Shown: in pieces, positions 35,835 to 45,707 of the stretch | Layout: each line of letters opens with the position of its first letter | Position numbering within the stretch: position 1 is the first letter of the stretch | From: Deltaproteobacteria bacterium | Lineage (GTDB): Bacteria > CG2-30-53-67 | Reading direction: 5' to 3' | DNA length: 64,000 nucleotides | Assembly: GCA_013151235.1 (NCBI GenBank) | Contig: JAADIO010000032.1 | Coordinates: 2,166-66,165 of the forward strand | The notes under the pieces: generated by a model | Seen by the model: only the letters and a program-made list of their open reading frames with translations | What the model was told of the DNA's origin: nothing | Database searches by the model: none | Program-made: the position numbers and the translations under genes

Positions 35835-36542
35835 TTGAGCCCTTTTCCTGCCGTTTTTTCCCAATTGCAGGTCGTTTCCATGGAGTCCTTTACAAATATC
35901 GTCAAAAAGATCGATTCGGTCCTTTCGGTGAATCAGAATATTGAGATCACTTTTGACCATCCCGATTTCATGGTGGAATACAAAAGCCGGGTGGAGAGCA
36001 TTCTGACCGACGGCATTGCCGTGGCTCCACCCACACGCAGGTGTATTGACGTCGGTACCTCCTGCTGGGTCTATTTTTTGACCAAGGGACAACGCTACGG
36101 CTTTTCAAGCCGGGTGAGAGGCTATGGAAAGGAGCGGGTCGTCCTGTTGCTCCTAGCCCGCCCCCAGGAGATCCTGCGCCTTCAGCGGAGAAAATATTTC
36201 CGTGTTCCCGTCGAGATCCCTGTCGATTTCCAGGTACGGGAAGAAACAGAGACGTCTCTCCTGTCCGGTGTGATCCGCAACATCAGTTCCGGTGGTGTTC
36301 TCCTGATAGTCTCCCGGGATGTAGTTCCAGTGGGCAAAGAACTGCGGCTGCGTTTTACCCTGAGTTCCGAGATTTCCCTTACGGAGATTCCGGGAAAAAT
36401 CGTCCGTGTGGAAGAGGCGAAGAACGGAAAGAAATATGAATACGGTGTGGAGTTCATTGATGTCCATAATCGTCTCCGGGATATCATCATGCGTTTTGTT
36501 TTTAACCGCGAAATTGAGTTGAACCGTTTGAGGCGGAGATAA
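35835..36542 (+). CDS. PilZ-domain c-di-GMP receptor (YcgR-like two-domain architecture)
   Basis: 235 aa. QRRKYFRVPV (RxxxR) and RNISSGGVLL ([D/N]xSxxG) motifs in the C-terminal half, with a YcgR-N-like domain before them. The start is ambiguous (TTG at 35835 or ATG at 35880). Confidence 0.8.
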   Translation: MSPFPAVFSQLQVVSMESFTNIVKKIDSVLSVNQNIEITFDHPDFMVEYKSRVESILTDGIAVAPPTRRCIDVGTSCWVYFLTKGQRYGFSSRVRGYGKERVVLLLLARPQEILRLQRRKYFRVPVEIPVDFQVREETETSLLSGVIRNISSGGVLLIVSRDVVPVGKELRLRFTLSSEISLTEIPGKIVRVEEAKNGKKYEYGVEFIDVHNRLRDIIMRFVFNREIELNRLRRR

Positions 36543-36647
36543 CCTGCCCTCGTATCCGGGGCTCGGATCGTCTTGCGGAGCCGGCGGAAACTGTGATATA
36601 AATGCACAATCTCCTGTGACCTATCCTGTGACGAAAAGAGGGCTTTT

Positions 36648-38393
36648 ATGGAAGATTCTACGGGTAGTTTTACCTTTGTATTGCATGCACATCTTCCCTA
36701 TGTGGCTTCTCACGGGAAGTGGCCCCACGGTACCGACTGGCTGAATGAAGCGGCTGCCGAAACCTATCTCCCCCTGCTGAACGTATTTCACCGGCTCCTT
36801 CAGGAGGGACTCACCCCCCGGGTGACCCTCGGCATTACGCCCGTTCTGACGGAGCAATTAGCGGATCCGGGTTTTAAGGAAGAATTTAAGACCTACCTTG
36901 TCCAGAAGCGGGAAGCAGCCCGTGCCGATCAGCGGGAGTTTCAGCGGACCGGAGAAAAACATCTCCGTGAAGTTGCTCTTTACTGGGAAGAGGTCTTTGA
37001 CGCACGATTACGGGAATTCACCAAAATCTACGGGGAGGACCTGGTCGGGGCCTTCCGGTCGTTGCAGGATCGGGGGGCGATCGAGATCATCACCTGCGGT
37101 GCCACCCATGGTTATCTCCCGCTGATTGGAAGGGACGAATGTGTTCAGGCACAGATCCGGCAGGCCGTCCGTTCCTATGAACGGCATTACGGTAGGCGGC
37201 CGCGGGGAATCTGGCTGCCGGAATGTGCCTATCGGCCCCGGTATGAATGGAAACGGCCCCTGAAGGAGAATGTCAAGGATCCTGCCGTTCTTCGGAAGGG
37301 GGTGGAGGAATTCCTGGGCGAAGAGGAAATCGACTTCTTTGTGATCGATGCTCACCTCCTGCGGGGCGGGAAGGCGATTGGGGTTTATCTCGACCGGTTC
37401 GAGGGATTGCAGCGGCTCTGGGGACAGTTTGCCGACCGCTACAGCCCGACAAAGGAAAATACGGAACGTTCACCCTATCACTCTTACTATGTCGGCTCCT
37501 TCGGGGAGGAAAAAAAACGTCCTGTTTCGGTCCTCACCCGGGATCCCCGGACAGGGATTCAGGTCTGGAGTGGAGAGCACGGGTACCCCGGCAATCCGGA
37601 TTATCTCGACTTTCACAAGAAACATTTTCCCGGCGGTCACCGCTACTGGCGTGTGACCGATGCGAAAGCGGACCTGGCCGACAAGCAGCCCTACGACCCC
37701 CGGAAGGTGCCGGAGATCGTGAGTCAACAGGCGGAACATTTCGTCGAACTGGTCAGGGAGATTCTTGCCGAGGCCCGGAAGAAAGGAGTGGAACAACCGT
37801 TGTTAACGGCTCCCTACGATGCAGAACTCTTCGGTCATTGGTGGTATGAAGGACCGGAATGGCTCTATGAGGTTCTGAAAAGACTCGACCGTGATCTTGA
37901 GGTCGATTTGACGACCGGTTCCCGTTATCTTTCCCGCTGTCCGAACACTACCGTGATCTCCCTGCCGGAAGGCTCCTGGGGGGAGGGAGGGTTTCACTGG
38001 ATCTGGCTCAATGAATGGACGGAGTGGGCCTGGAAGAAAATCTACGCGGCGGAGGACCGGATGGTGGATCTGGCCGGCCGGTTCCGGGGCCGGACGGAGA
38101 TTCCCCTGGTGCGGGTCTTAAATCAGCTTGCACGGGAACTCCTGCTTCTTGAAAGCTCGGACTGGCCCTTCTTGATCAGTACTCTGAGTGCCGGGGATTA
38201 CGCCGAACTGCGAATCACTGAGCATGTGGAGGCCTTTCGAAGACTCGCCGATCTGGCGGAAAAAGTTGCGGAACGGAAGGGATTCAAAGAGGAGGAAGAA
38301 GAGATGCTGACTCTTTACGAGACACAGGACCACCTTTTTCCCGATATTGATTATCGTTGGTGGGCCGAGGTTGATTATCCGGTTCGGGCGTAG
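36648..38393 (+). CDS. GH57-family 1,4-alpha-glucan branching enzyme
   Basis: 581 aa. FTFVLHAHLPYV...GKWPHGTDWLNEAAAETYLPLL, then GAIEIITCGATHGYLPL, and a C-terminal DUF1957-like helical domain. Confidence 0.85.
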   Translation: MEDSTGSFTFVLHAHLPYVASHGKWPHGTDWLNEAAAETYLPLLNVFHRLLQEGLTPRVTLGITPVLTEQLADPGFKEEFKTYLVQKREAARADQREFQRTGEKHLREVALYWEEVFDARLREFTKIYGEDLVGAFRSLQDRGAIEIITCGATHGYLPLIGRDECVQAQIRQAVRSYERHYGRRPRGIWLPECAYRPRYEWKRPLKENVKDPAVLRKGVEEFLGEEEIDFFVIDAHLLRGGKAIGVYLDRFEGLQRLWGQFADRYSPTKENTERSPYHSYYVGSFGEEKKRPVSVLTRDPRTGIQVWSGEHGYPGNPDYLDFHKKHFPGGHRYWRVTDAKADLADKQPYDPRKVPEIVSQQAEHFVELVREILAEARKKGVEQPLLTAPYDAELFGHWWYEGPEWLYEVLKRLDRDLEVDLTTGSRYLSRCPNTTVISLPEGSWGEGGFHWIWLNEWTEWAWKKIYAAEDRMVDLAGRFRGRTEIPLVRVLNQLARELLLLESSDWPFLISTLSAGDYAELRITEHVEAFRRLADLAEKVAERKGFKEEEEEMLTLYETQDHLFPDIDYRWWAEVDYPVRA

Positions 38394-38431
38394 CATCTTT
38401 TCAGCAACAACAGTAGTCGCAGGGAGGAGAA

Positions 38432-38875
38432 GTGATGCCGGAAGAGAAGAAGGAAAAAAGTTTTGTTTTTGTGGACAAGCGCAAGGTGACGGAACGTGAG
38501 GATTCGGAGCCGAAGGCCGGTACGAAACCGCCGACAGTGAGCGCCGAAGGATCAACGGACCCGCAGGCAGCCCCGGGACCCTCGGCGGAAACGCAAGAGG
38601 AGCGGGGCCGGGAAGAACCGCTCCCCGAGATTGATTTCAACTCCTTTATTCTTTCTCTTAGCAGTTCGGCCATGATGCACTTGGGACTGCTGGCCAACCC
38701 CGTGACGGAGAAGACGGAAGAGAATCTGCCCCTGGCCAAACAGACGATCGATATTATTTCAATGCTCCGAAAAAAAACCGAGGGAAACCTGAGAGATGAA
38801 GAATCAAAATTTCTCGAAGCGATCCTCTATGACCTTCGCATGAACTTTGTGAAAATCAGTCGGCGGAAAGATTAA
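38432..38875 (+). CDS. DUF1844-domain protein
   Basis: 147 aa. Acidic, low-complexity N-terminus, then IDFNSFILSLSSSAMMHLGL...NLPLAKQTIDIISMLRKKTEGNL, typical of DUF1844. Confidence 0.6.
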   Translation: MMPEEKKEKSFVFVDKRKVTEREDSEPKAGTKPPTVSAEGSTDPQAAPGPSAETQEERGREEPLPEIDFNSFILSLSSSAMMHLGLLANPVTEKTEENLPLAKQTIDIISMLRKKTEGNLRDEESKFLEAILYDLRMNFVKISRRKD

Positions 38876-38898
38876 CCGGGATAGAAGGGGAGACGGCT

Positions 38899-41169
38899 AT
38901 GAAGAAGTTCATTATCATTGCAGTCGGTCTGGTTGTTGTTGTCGTTGTCCTTCTGGCCGGACTGGCGGCGGTCTCGCCCCTTTTCCTGAACAAGTACAAA
39001 GAACCGATCCTGGCCCGGGTGGAAAAGACGATCGACCGGAAGGTTGAACTGGGCGATATCCGCCTGACCCTTTTCACGGGGATCGGGGTGCGTCTGTCCG
39101 ATCTGATCGTGGGCAATGTCGAGGGGTTTCGGAGTGAACCGATGCTGACCATGAAGGGACTCGACCTGAAGGTCAAGCTCCTTCCCCTGCTTCGAAAGAA
39201 GGTTGAAGTGGAGCGGGTCGTTCTCCGGGAACCCAGAATCGTGATCGAAAAGAATGAAGACGGGGTGTTCAATTTCTCGGACCTTGTCGGCGGCGACCGG
39301 TCGGCCCCGCAGGAGTCGAAAGCCCCTCCCGCTTCCGGGACCGATTCCCCCTCGGTCCTGGGCGCTCTGCTGGTCTCCCGGATTCGTATCACCGGGGGAC
39401 GCCTGGCATACTATGATGCAAAAATTCCCGTGTTGCAGGAGGGGGTGAAGATCGAAAACCTGAACCTCAACCTGGAGAATGTCTCACTCGATCGTGCCGT
39501 CTCCTTTTCCCTTTCCTTTGGCATCAACCGCAAGAAGACCGATCTTCAGTTGAGCGGGACCGTCGGCCCGGTGGGGCGGAAGATCGATCTGAAGTCGATG
39601 CCCCTCTCCCTGCAGGTGGCCGTCCACGATTTTGACCTGACCCGGCTTATGCCCTATCTGGGAGAGAATCCGACGGTGATGATTCGGAAGGGGACCGTGG
39701 AGATCACGGGGGACTTGGCCGGGGACCCGGAAACGGGGTTGAATATCAAAACTGAAATGCGGCTCAACGCTTTGACTGTACAGGGTCCTGAAAAAGGGGA
39801 GACGCTGGTTCGGGATCTGAACATGCAGGTCCGCAAGGAGGTGTTGCTGGAACTGAGCAGAAATCGCGTGTTGGTGAAAAAGAACGAGATCAACGTCGGG
39901 TCTGCGACCCTCCGCTTTACCGGAGAGATCAACCACCTGAAAAGTAATCCGGAGCTGGCCCTGAAGATGGAGAGTGATGGGATCCCCCTGGCCGGGTGGG
40001 AGAAATTCTTTCCCGCCCTAAAGGGCGTCGGCCTCGACGGATTGCTTCGGACCGATGGGACGGTGTCGGGGCATCCGTCCGGAAAGATGCAGGTCGTGCT
40101 GAATTTTTCTTTTCCGAACCTGGTGGTTCGGCTCCCGAAGAAAGAACCGGCCGCGGTGCGGGAGGAAAAGGTGGGGACGCTTTTCTTGCCGGGGACGGCT
40201 GCGGCGGCGGAGAGGCCGGAGAAGGAGGCTCCGCAGGGACCGTCCTCTCCCTCTCCCCTTCCTGAGAACATCGACATCAAGGGGGTCGTGGAGGTTGCAA
40301 AAGGAAAGATCGACAACCTGACCTTCTCCCGGCTTCATGCCAATTACGGAAAGGTGGGCAATCGGATCTTCCTGAAGAATCTTTCCGTCCGTGGTTTCGG
40401 CGGGGAGGGGGAGATCAAGGGCGCGGCCGGGATCGACTTCGGAAAGAAGCCTCCGGCCTATCGGACGAACCTTCAGTGCAGTCGGGTTGACCTGTCGGTC
40501 CTCCAGGAAGTCTTTCCCGCGCGGAAGGAGAAGGTCGGAGGTCTCCTCAGTGCGGATCTGAAGGTCGAAGGTGCAGGGTTCGGCATGAAGGAGATTGAAA
40601 AAAATCTCAGCGGCGGCGGGAGTTTCAAGATCGACCAGGGTGCCCTGCAGAATGTAAATATCGAGGAACGGGTCATCAAGACGGTCGCAGAAAAACTCAA
40701 TCTTCCCGTTGTTTCCGTGGCTCGGATGACTGGGGTGGAAATCACTCCGGGGAACCGGACACCTTTTGAGAAGTTGCAGGGGCTCTTCCGGATCGGCGGC
40801 GGTAAAATCGACATCCTCAATGCCATTCTCACCTCACGGGATCACGGGTTCTCCACGACCGGGGTTGTGGGGCTCAACGGAAAGATGGATCTGGCGGCTC
40901 GTATGATCCTGCGCAAGGTGGGAAAGGCCTCGGGGCGGAAATTCACCTACTATCTCGTGGATGAACAGAACCGGAAATACATTCCCTTCAAGGTGACGGG
41001 GGATGTGGCGAGTCCGAAGGTTAAAGTCGATCTTGATGCCCTTATCCGGGGGCAGGCGAAGAGGGCGATCAGGAAGGAAGAAAAGAGATTGGAGGATCGC
41101 CTTGAAAAGAAACTCGGCCCCGGAGGAGGGAAGATATTAAAACCCCTGAAGAGGTTATTCAATTTTTAA
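38899..41169 (+). CDS. AsmA-family outer-membrane biogenesis protein
   Basis: 756 aa. N-terminal TM anchor plus KYKEPILARVEKTIDRKVELGDIRLTLFTGIGVRLSDL, then a long beta-rich repetitive body and an AsmA_2-like C-terminus. Confidence 0.8.
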   Translation: MKKFIIIAVGLVVVVVVLLAGLAAVSPLFLNKYKEPILARVEKTIDRKVELGDIRLTLFTGIGVRLSDLIVGNVEGFRSEPMLTMKGLDLKVKLLPLLRKKVEVERVVLREPRIVIEKNEDGVFNFSDLVGGDRSAPQESKAPPASGTDSPSVLGALLVSRIRITGGRLAYYDAKIPVLQEGVKIENLNLNLENVSLDRAVSFSLSFGINRKKTDLQLSGTVGPVGRKIDLKSMPLSLQVAVHDFDLTRLMPYLGENPTVMIRKGTVEITGDLAGDPETGLNIKTEMRLNALTVQGPEKGETLVRDLNMQVRKEVLLELSRNRVLVKKNEINVGSATLRFTGEINHLKSNPELALKMESDGIPLAGWEKFFPALKGVGLDGLLRTDGTVSGHPSGKMQVVLNFSFPNLVVRLPKKEPAAVREEKVGTLFLPGTAAAAERPEKEAPQGPSSPSPLPENIDIKGVVEVAKGKIDNLTFSRLHANYGKVGNRIFLKNLSVRGFGGEGEIKGAAGIDFGKKPPAYRTNLQCSRVDLSVLQEVFPARKEKVGGLLSADLKVEGAGFGMKEIEKNLSGGGSFKIDQGALQNVNIEERVIKTVAEKLNLPVVSVARMTGVEITPGNRTPFEKLQGLFRIGGGKIDILNAILTSRDHGFSTTGVVGLNGKMDLAARMILRKVGKASGRKFTYYLVDEQNRKYIPFKVTGDVASPKVKVDLDALIRGQAKRAIRKEEKRLEDRLEKKLGPGGGKILKPLKRLFNF

Positions 41170-41256
41170 AGCATGTTCTAAAAGATTCTGGGGGAAAAGG
41201 TGTTGCCGTAAGCCGCCGGGCATATCTCGTCATTCAACAATACTCGGAGTGTGAGC

Positions 41257-41652
41257 ATGTCGATCGAACTGAAGGTGGAAGAGGGTTATCGTTTTGCTGT
41301 GACCTGCCGGGAACACACGGTCATCATCGATCAGCCGGTAAAAGAGGGCGGCACGAACCAGGGGATGGATCCGGTGGAGCATTTCATTACATCTCTCTCC
41401 GGTTGTGTCGGTTTTTATGCTGTAAACTTTATGAACCGGAAAAAGATCACAACCGGCGGGTTTCGGGTGACGGCGGACTGGGAGATGGCGAAGAATCCTT
41501 ACCGGATCGGAAAAATCCGAATGACCCTCCATCTTCCTGCGGGCTTTCCCGCGGAGCAGCAGGAGGCGCTGCTGGCCGTCTGCCGAGGTTGTACACTCCA
41601 TCATACATTAGAACAGGGGCCGGTTACGGAATATGCAATCCGTGAGGGGTGA
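41257..41652 (+). CDS. OsmC/Ohr-family peroxiredoxin-like protein
   Basis: ~131 aa. GGTNQGMDPVEHFITSLSGCVG and AVCRGCTLHHTL provide the two conserved Cys. The ATG at 41257 lies 7 nt after a GGAG. Confidence 0.7.
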   Translation: MSIELKVEEGYRFAVTCREHTVIIDQPVKEGGTNQGMDPVEHFITSLSGCVGFYAVNFMNRKKITTGGFRVTADWEMAKNPYRIGKIRMTLHLPAGFPAEQQEALLAVCRGCTLHHTLEQGPVTEYAIREG

Positions 41653-41679
41653 TGATTTCCCGATCATTCAGTTTTCCAT

Positions 41680-44232
41680 GTGTTGCGGAAACTTGAAGTT
41701 TGGCGGGTCGCCCTGTATACTCGGATTATGGGGTTGACAATGCACCATCAGTCGGGCCGGCTTCTGGAGATCCTGGACAGTCTGAATATTCCGCTCCTTC
41801 TTCTGGATTCCTCCGGCAAAGTGAAGTCCCACAACGGTATGGTCGAGGAGATCTTCGGGTATTCCTCCGCCGATCTGATCGGTCTTCCCTCGAATAACCT
41901 GATTGCACGATTCATAGCGTCCGAAAGTCCGGTCGGCGTCTCCTCTTCGTCCCCCGATCCTTTCCATGCAGATCTTTCTTCCCCCCTGCAACGGGAGGTG
42001 ACCTGCCGGAGAAAAAACGGTGGGGAATTCCCCGCACAGGTGACTTTCATCCCCTGGGGGGACGGGACCTTCCGGTTGATGGCGGTTCAGGATGTCTCCG
42101 GTCAACGGCGTCTGGAACAGCGTGCCACCCAGCGGACCAAGGAACTGACTCTCTTTAATACCTTCGCAGAGATCTTAAGCCGCGGTGGAAAACCCCGCGC
42201 GCTCCTGCAGGAGACCGTCGATATGCTTCCCGGGATCTTGGGGATTAAGGCCGCGATGATTCACCTACAGGATCAAGAGACCGGGAATCTTGTCCCCGCG
42301 GCCCGGCAGGGATTTGACGCTTCCTTTCTGGCTTCGGTAGGGGAGGTGGAACCGGGACAGGGGTTGTTCGGGAAGGTCCTGACCTCCGGGCTGCCTCTCC
42401 TCGTGGAGAAGGCCTCCGAGGATCCCCGAACGCTCAATTTTGATCTGCATCAGAGCGGTCTTCAAAGCTTTGCCTCCGTACCGGTTTCTTCAAAAGGCGC
42501 CGTCCGGGGGGTCCTGACCGTGGCGAGCCGGCGGGTCTCCTCTTTTACCGCCATGGACATGCAACTTCTTGATGCCCTCGGGAGCCAGTTGGGGATCGCC
42601 ATTGAGAATGCGGAACTGATTGCCCAGCTCAAAGAGAAGATGAACCAGATCGCCCTGACCAATGAATTGAGCGGGACGATCAATTCCAGCCTGAGTATCG
42701 GCACGATCTTCCGGATGATGGTTTCGGAAATCCGGAAGTTGATTGAATACGACCGTGCCGGCCTCTTGCTCTACGATGAGAAGAAGGGGAACCTGTTGAT
42801 CTTCGCCCTCGATACGGGGCTGAAGACGGAGATGACCCGGGGGGTTAAGGCACCCATCGAGGGGACCTCGGCCGGTTGGGCCTTAAAGCATAACCGGCCA
42901 TGGATCAATCGGGACCTGCTCTCGGAGATGCTCTTCCCGCTAGACGGAAAGCTGCGCGACGAGGGGATTCGCTCGACTATCAGCATTCCTTTGACCCAGG
43001 AGAAGAGGCTCGGCGTATTCAACCTCGATAGTCGGGAGGCGGCAAAGTATTCGGAAACGGATCTGCAGATCCTTCTGCCGGTGGCGAAACAGATCTCCAT
43101 CGCGCTGGAGAATGCCCTCCTCTTCGAGGAGATCTCGAGGGAAAAGAAGGAGTGGGAGAAGACCTTTGATGCATTTACGGACATGGTTTGGATCGACGAT
43201 CATCGTCAGCGGATCCTTCGGGCGAATCAAGCCCTGCTCCAGGGGGCAGAGGTGACCATGGCGGGGCTTTCGGACCTCCATTGCGCGAATCTGCTCGACC
43301 GGCTCGGCGTCGGTCCTTCCTGTCTGTGCTGCGAGACCGTAACCACGCAGCGCCAGACCTTCCGGGAGGTTCATGGGCGAGAGGGAAAGATCTTCCATTT
43401 CTGGGCTTATCCTCTCCTCGACGATGAGGGACAGCTCTATGCCGTCCTTCACTATCTCAAGGATGTGACGGAACGCAAAAGGCTGGAACAGCAGCTTCTC
43501 CGGGCGGACAAGCTTGCTTCCCTGGTGACGCTGGTGGCGGGAATCGCTCATGAGATCAACAACCCGCTCGGGATTATCGCCGGTTATGCCGAGGCCCTCC
43601 TTGATCGTGCCGGAGATCCTGCTCTTCGGGGGATGGAAGCCTTTGAGGATTTTCCCGAGTATCTGGATACCATCCACAAGGAGATCTTTCGCTGCAAGGA
43701 GACCCTGGGAAGTCTCCTGGAGTTTGCCCGGCCCCACGGGAGAAAGTCCCGGGAACTCGATATCAATGAACTGCTCAAAGAAGTGATCCTCCTGGTGAAT
43801 CACAAGGCCAAACGTCTTCACTGCCGGATTGAGCATCAGCTCAACCGGGAACTGCCGAAGATCTGTGCCGAACCGGGGAGTCTGCGACAACTCTTCATGA
43901 ATATCATCATTAATTCCCTCTACCATACGCCGGAAGGGGGAAAGATCGAGATTACGACGGAACTCAACCGGAACGATCCGAAAGAGATGATCCAGGTGGC
44001 GATTCGTGACACCGGTCCGGGGATCCGACACGAGGTGATCGACAAGATTTTTGATCCCTTCTTTACGACCAAACCGGTCGGGGAGGGGACCGGATTGGGG
44101 CTTTCCATCTGTCACAAAATTGCAGAGGAACACAACGGGGTGATCGATGTCGAAAGTGAGGTCGGCCGCGGCACGACCTTCTTTATCAAGCTGCCTGCGA
44201 AAGGGAACCATGGCCCGGATACTTGTCGTTGA
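41680..44232 (+). CDS. Cytoplasmic multi-sensor histidine kinase (PAS-GAF-GAF-PAS-HisKA-HATPase)
   Basis: 850 aa with no TM segments. H-box [12 protein letters not shown]-box [11 protein letters not shown] and G-boxes [15 protein letters not shown]. Two GAF-like regions. One PAS domain carries an H-C-x13-C-x-C-C cluster. Confidence 0.85.
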   Translation: MLRKLEVWRVALYTRIMGLTMHHQSGRLLEILDSLNIPLLLLDSSGKVKSHNGMVEEIFGYSSADLIGLPSNNLIARFIASESPVGVSSSSPDPFHADLSSPLQREVTCRRKNGGEFPAQVTFIPWGDGTFRLMAVQDVSGQRRLEQRATQRTKELTLFNTFAEILSRGGKPRALLQETVDMLPGILGIKAAMIHLQDQETGNLVPAARQGFDASFLASVGEVEPGQGLFGKVLTSGLPLLVEKASEDPRTLNFDLHQSGLQSFASVPVSSKGAVRGVLTVASRRVSSFTAMDMQLLDALGSQLGIAIENAELIAQLKEKMNQIALTNELSGTINSSLSIGTIFRMMVSEIRKLIEYDRAGLLLYDEKKGNLLIFALDTGLKTEMTRGVKAPIEGTSAGWALKHNRPWINRDLLSEMLFPLDGKLRDEGIRSTISIPLTQEKRLGVFNLDSREAAKYSETDLQILLPVAKQISIALENALLFEEISREKKEWEKTFDAFTDMVWIDDHRQRILRANQALLQGAEVTMAGLSDLHCANLLDRLGVGPSCLCCETVTTQRQTFREVHGREGKIFHFWAYPLLDDEGQLYAVLHYLKDVTERKRLEQQLLRADKLASLVTLVAGIAHEINNPLGIIAGYAEALLDRAGDPALRGMEAFEDFPEYLDTIHKEIFRCKETLGSLLEFARPHGRKSRELDINELLKEVILLVNHKAKRLHCRIEHQLNRELPKICAEPGSLRQLFMNIIINSLYHTPEGGKIEITTELNRNDPKEMIQVAIRDTGPGIRHEVIDKIFDPFFTTKPVGEGTGLGLSICHKIAEEHNGVIDVESEVGRGTTFFIKLPAKGNHGPDTCR

Positions 44233-45574
44233 CGACGAAGAACCCTTTCGTCGCCTGCTGAAAAAAGAACTGACCCGGAAAGGGTTTTCCGTTGAGGTGG
44301 CCCCGGAAGGGGAAACGGCGCTGAAACTTTTGAAGGAGAGTGTCTTTGATCTGCTTCTCCTCGATGTTCTGATGCCGGGACTGGACGGAATTTCCGTGAT
44401 GAAACGGCTGCGTAAGGACCCGACGGCGCCGCCGGTGATCGTCTTGACGGGGAAGGCCACGATTGAAACGGCGGTCGAGGCGATGAAGAACGGCGCCTAT
44501 GACTATCTGACGAAACCCTACAAGCTTGATGAGTTGGAAATCGTCATCAACCGAGCCTGTGAATTCGGGAATTTGAAACACAAAAGCCGGGTACTTGAGC
44601 AGGAGCTGGTTCGAAAAGAATCCAAGGTTGAATTTATCGGGGAAAGCCCGCAGTTCCAGGCGATTTTGACGCTGATTCGCAAGATCGCCCCCACCGACTC
44701 CACGGTTCTTATCCAGGGGGAAAGCGGCACCGGCAAGGAGTTGGTGGCGAATGCCATCTGGCATCACAGCCGTCGGAATAATCTGCCTCTTATCGCCCTG
44801 AACTGTGCCACCCTTTCCGAAACCCTCATGGAATCGGAACTTTTCGGACATGAAAAAGGCGCCTTTACCACGGCTTACCGGACCAAGTACGGTATCGTAG
44901 AGGTTGCCGATAAGGGGACCCTCTTCCTGGATGAGGTGGCCGAGATGCCGATGGGACTCCAGGCCAAGCTCCTCCGCTTTCTTGATCGGGGGGAGTTCCG
45001 TCGTGTGGGCGGAAACAAGACCTTGCAGGTCGATGTCCGGATGATTGCTGCGACCAACAAGAATCTGGAGGAACGGGTTCGGCGGAAAACCTTTCGGGAA
45101 GATCTTTTCTATCGCCTCCATGTGATTAATATCAAGATTCCGCCGCTTCGCGAACGTCCGGAGGATATCCGGGACATTGCCCTTCATTTTGCCAAACAAT
45201 ATTCCCGCAAAATAGGAAAGTCGGTCTGGAAGATTGACGCCGATGCCCTGGGGATTCTCCGGCGTTATGCCTGGCCGGGAAATGTTCGGGAGCTGGAAAA
45301 TGAAATCGAGCGGAGTGTGATCCTCTGTGAAGGCGAGGCGATCGGTGTCCACGACCTTTCGATCGCCGATCGGGTTGCAACGCCCACCTCCGGGACGCAG
45401 CCGATGCTGGAGGAGATCGAGAAGGAGTGTATCCTCAGGGTCCTCCGGGAGACCGGCGGCAACCAGACCCGGGCCAGCAAAATCCTCGGCATCAACCGTA
45501 AAACCCTCTACCTAAAACTTCGCAAATACGGTGCACTTACATCGCAGGATAGCGAGATTCCCCCTGAGGTATAG
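44210..45574 (+). CDS. Sigma-54-dependent response regulator (NtrC family enhancer-binding protein)
   Basis: REC domain (ILVVDDEE...LLLDVLMPGLDG...KP). AAA+ domain with GESGTGKE Walker A and a GAFTTA (GAFTGA-type) loop. C-terminal Fis-type HTH (TRASKILGINRKTLYLKLRKYG). Start set at MARILVVDD, overlapping the kinase stop by 23 nt. Confidence 0.9.
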   Translation: MARILVVDDEEPFRRLLKKELTRKGFSVEVAPEGETALKLLKESVFDLLLLDVLMPGLDGISVMKRLRKDPTAPPVIVLTGKATIETAVEAMKNGAYDYLTKPYKLDELEIVINRACEFGNLKHKSRVLEQELVRKESKVEFIGESPQFQAILTLIRKIAPTDSTVLIQGESGTGKELVANAIWHHSRRNNLPLIALNCATLSETLMESELFGHEKGAFTTAYRTKYGIVEVADKGTLFLDEVAEMPMGLQAKLLRFLDRGEFRRVGGNKTLQVDVRMIAATNKNLEERVRRKTFREDLFYRLHVINIKIPPLRERPEDIRDIALHFAKQYSRKIGKSVWKIDADALGILRRYAWPGNVRELENEIERSVILCEGEAIGVHDLSIADRVATPTSGTQPMLEEIEKECILRVLRETGGNQTRASKILGINRKTLYLKLRKYGALTSQDSEIPPEV

Positions 45575-45600
45575 TACCCCGCATGGCGGGGTAATTTTCC
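45575..45600 (+). terminator. Rho-independent terminator candidate after the NtrC-type gene
   Basis: TACCCCGC-atg-GCGGGGTA (8-bp GC-rich stem, 3-nt loop), followed by ATTTTCC. Confidence 0.5.
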
Positions 45601-45678
45601 CCGCCTTAGATCTTCTCCTCTTTGGGAAATTCAACATTAACTTTCTTAAATCAACAGGTTAAATGTTTGATGCTGTTA

Positions 45679-45694
45679 TGGCATGGGATTTGCT
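45679..45694 (+). promoter_or_regulatory. Sigma-54 (-24/-12) promoter of the methyltransferase island
   Basis: TGGCATgggatTTGCT. The extended string TTATGGCATnnnATTTGCTGTT is shared with the promoter at 35119. Confidence 0.65.
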
Positions 45695-45707
45695 GTTCTA
45701 TTACGGT

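Noticed and set aside
36613-36632. Direct repeat CCTGTGAC-ctat-CCTGTGAC upstream of the GH57 gene as a CRP-type site
   Set aside because: CRP/FNR sites are inverted repeats (TGTGA-N6-TCACA), whereas this is a direct repeat only 15 nt from the ATG. With a single occurrence, I could not support a regulatory call.
42940-44460. 506-aa ORF antisense to the histidine kinase and response regulator junction
   Set aside because: It is a shadow ORF spanning two real genes on the opposite strand, with no domain signatures. Similar antisense ORFs at 44186-45352, 51997-53328, 48799-49698, 32295-33209, 23068-23844 and 56689-57573 were rejected for the same reason.
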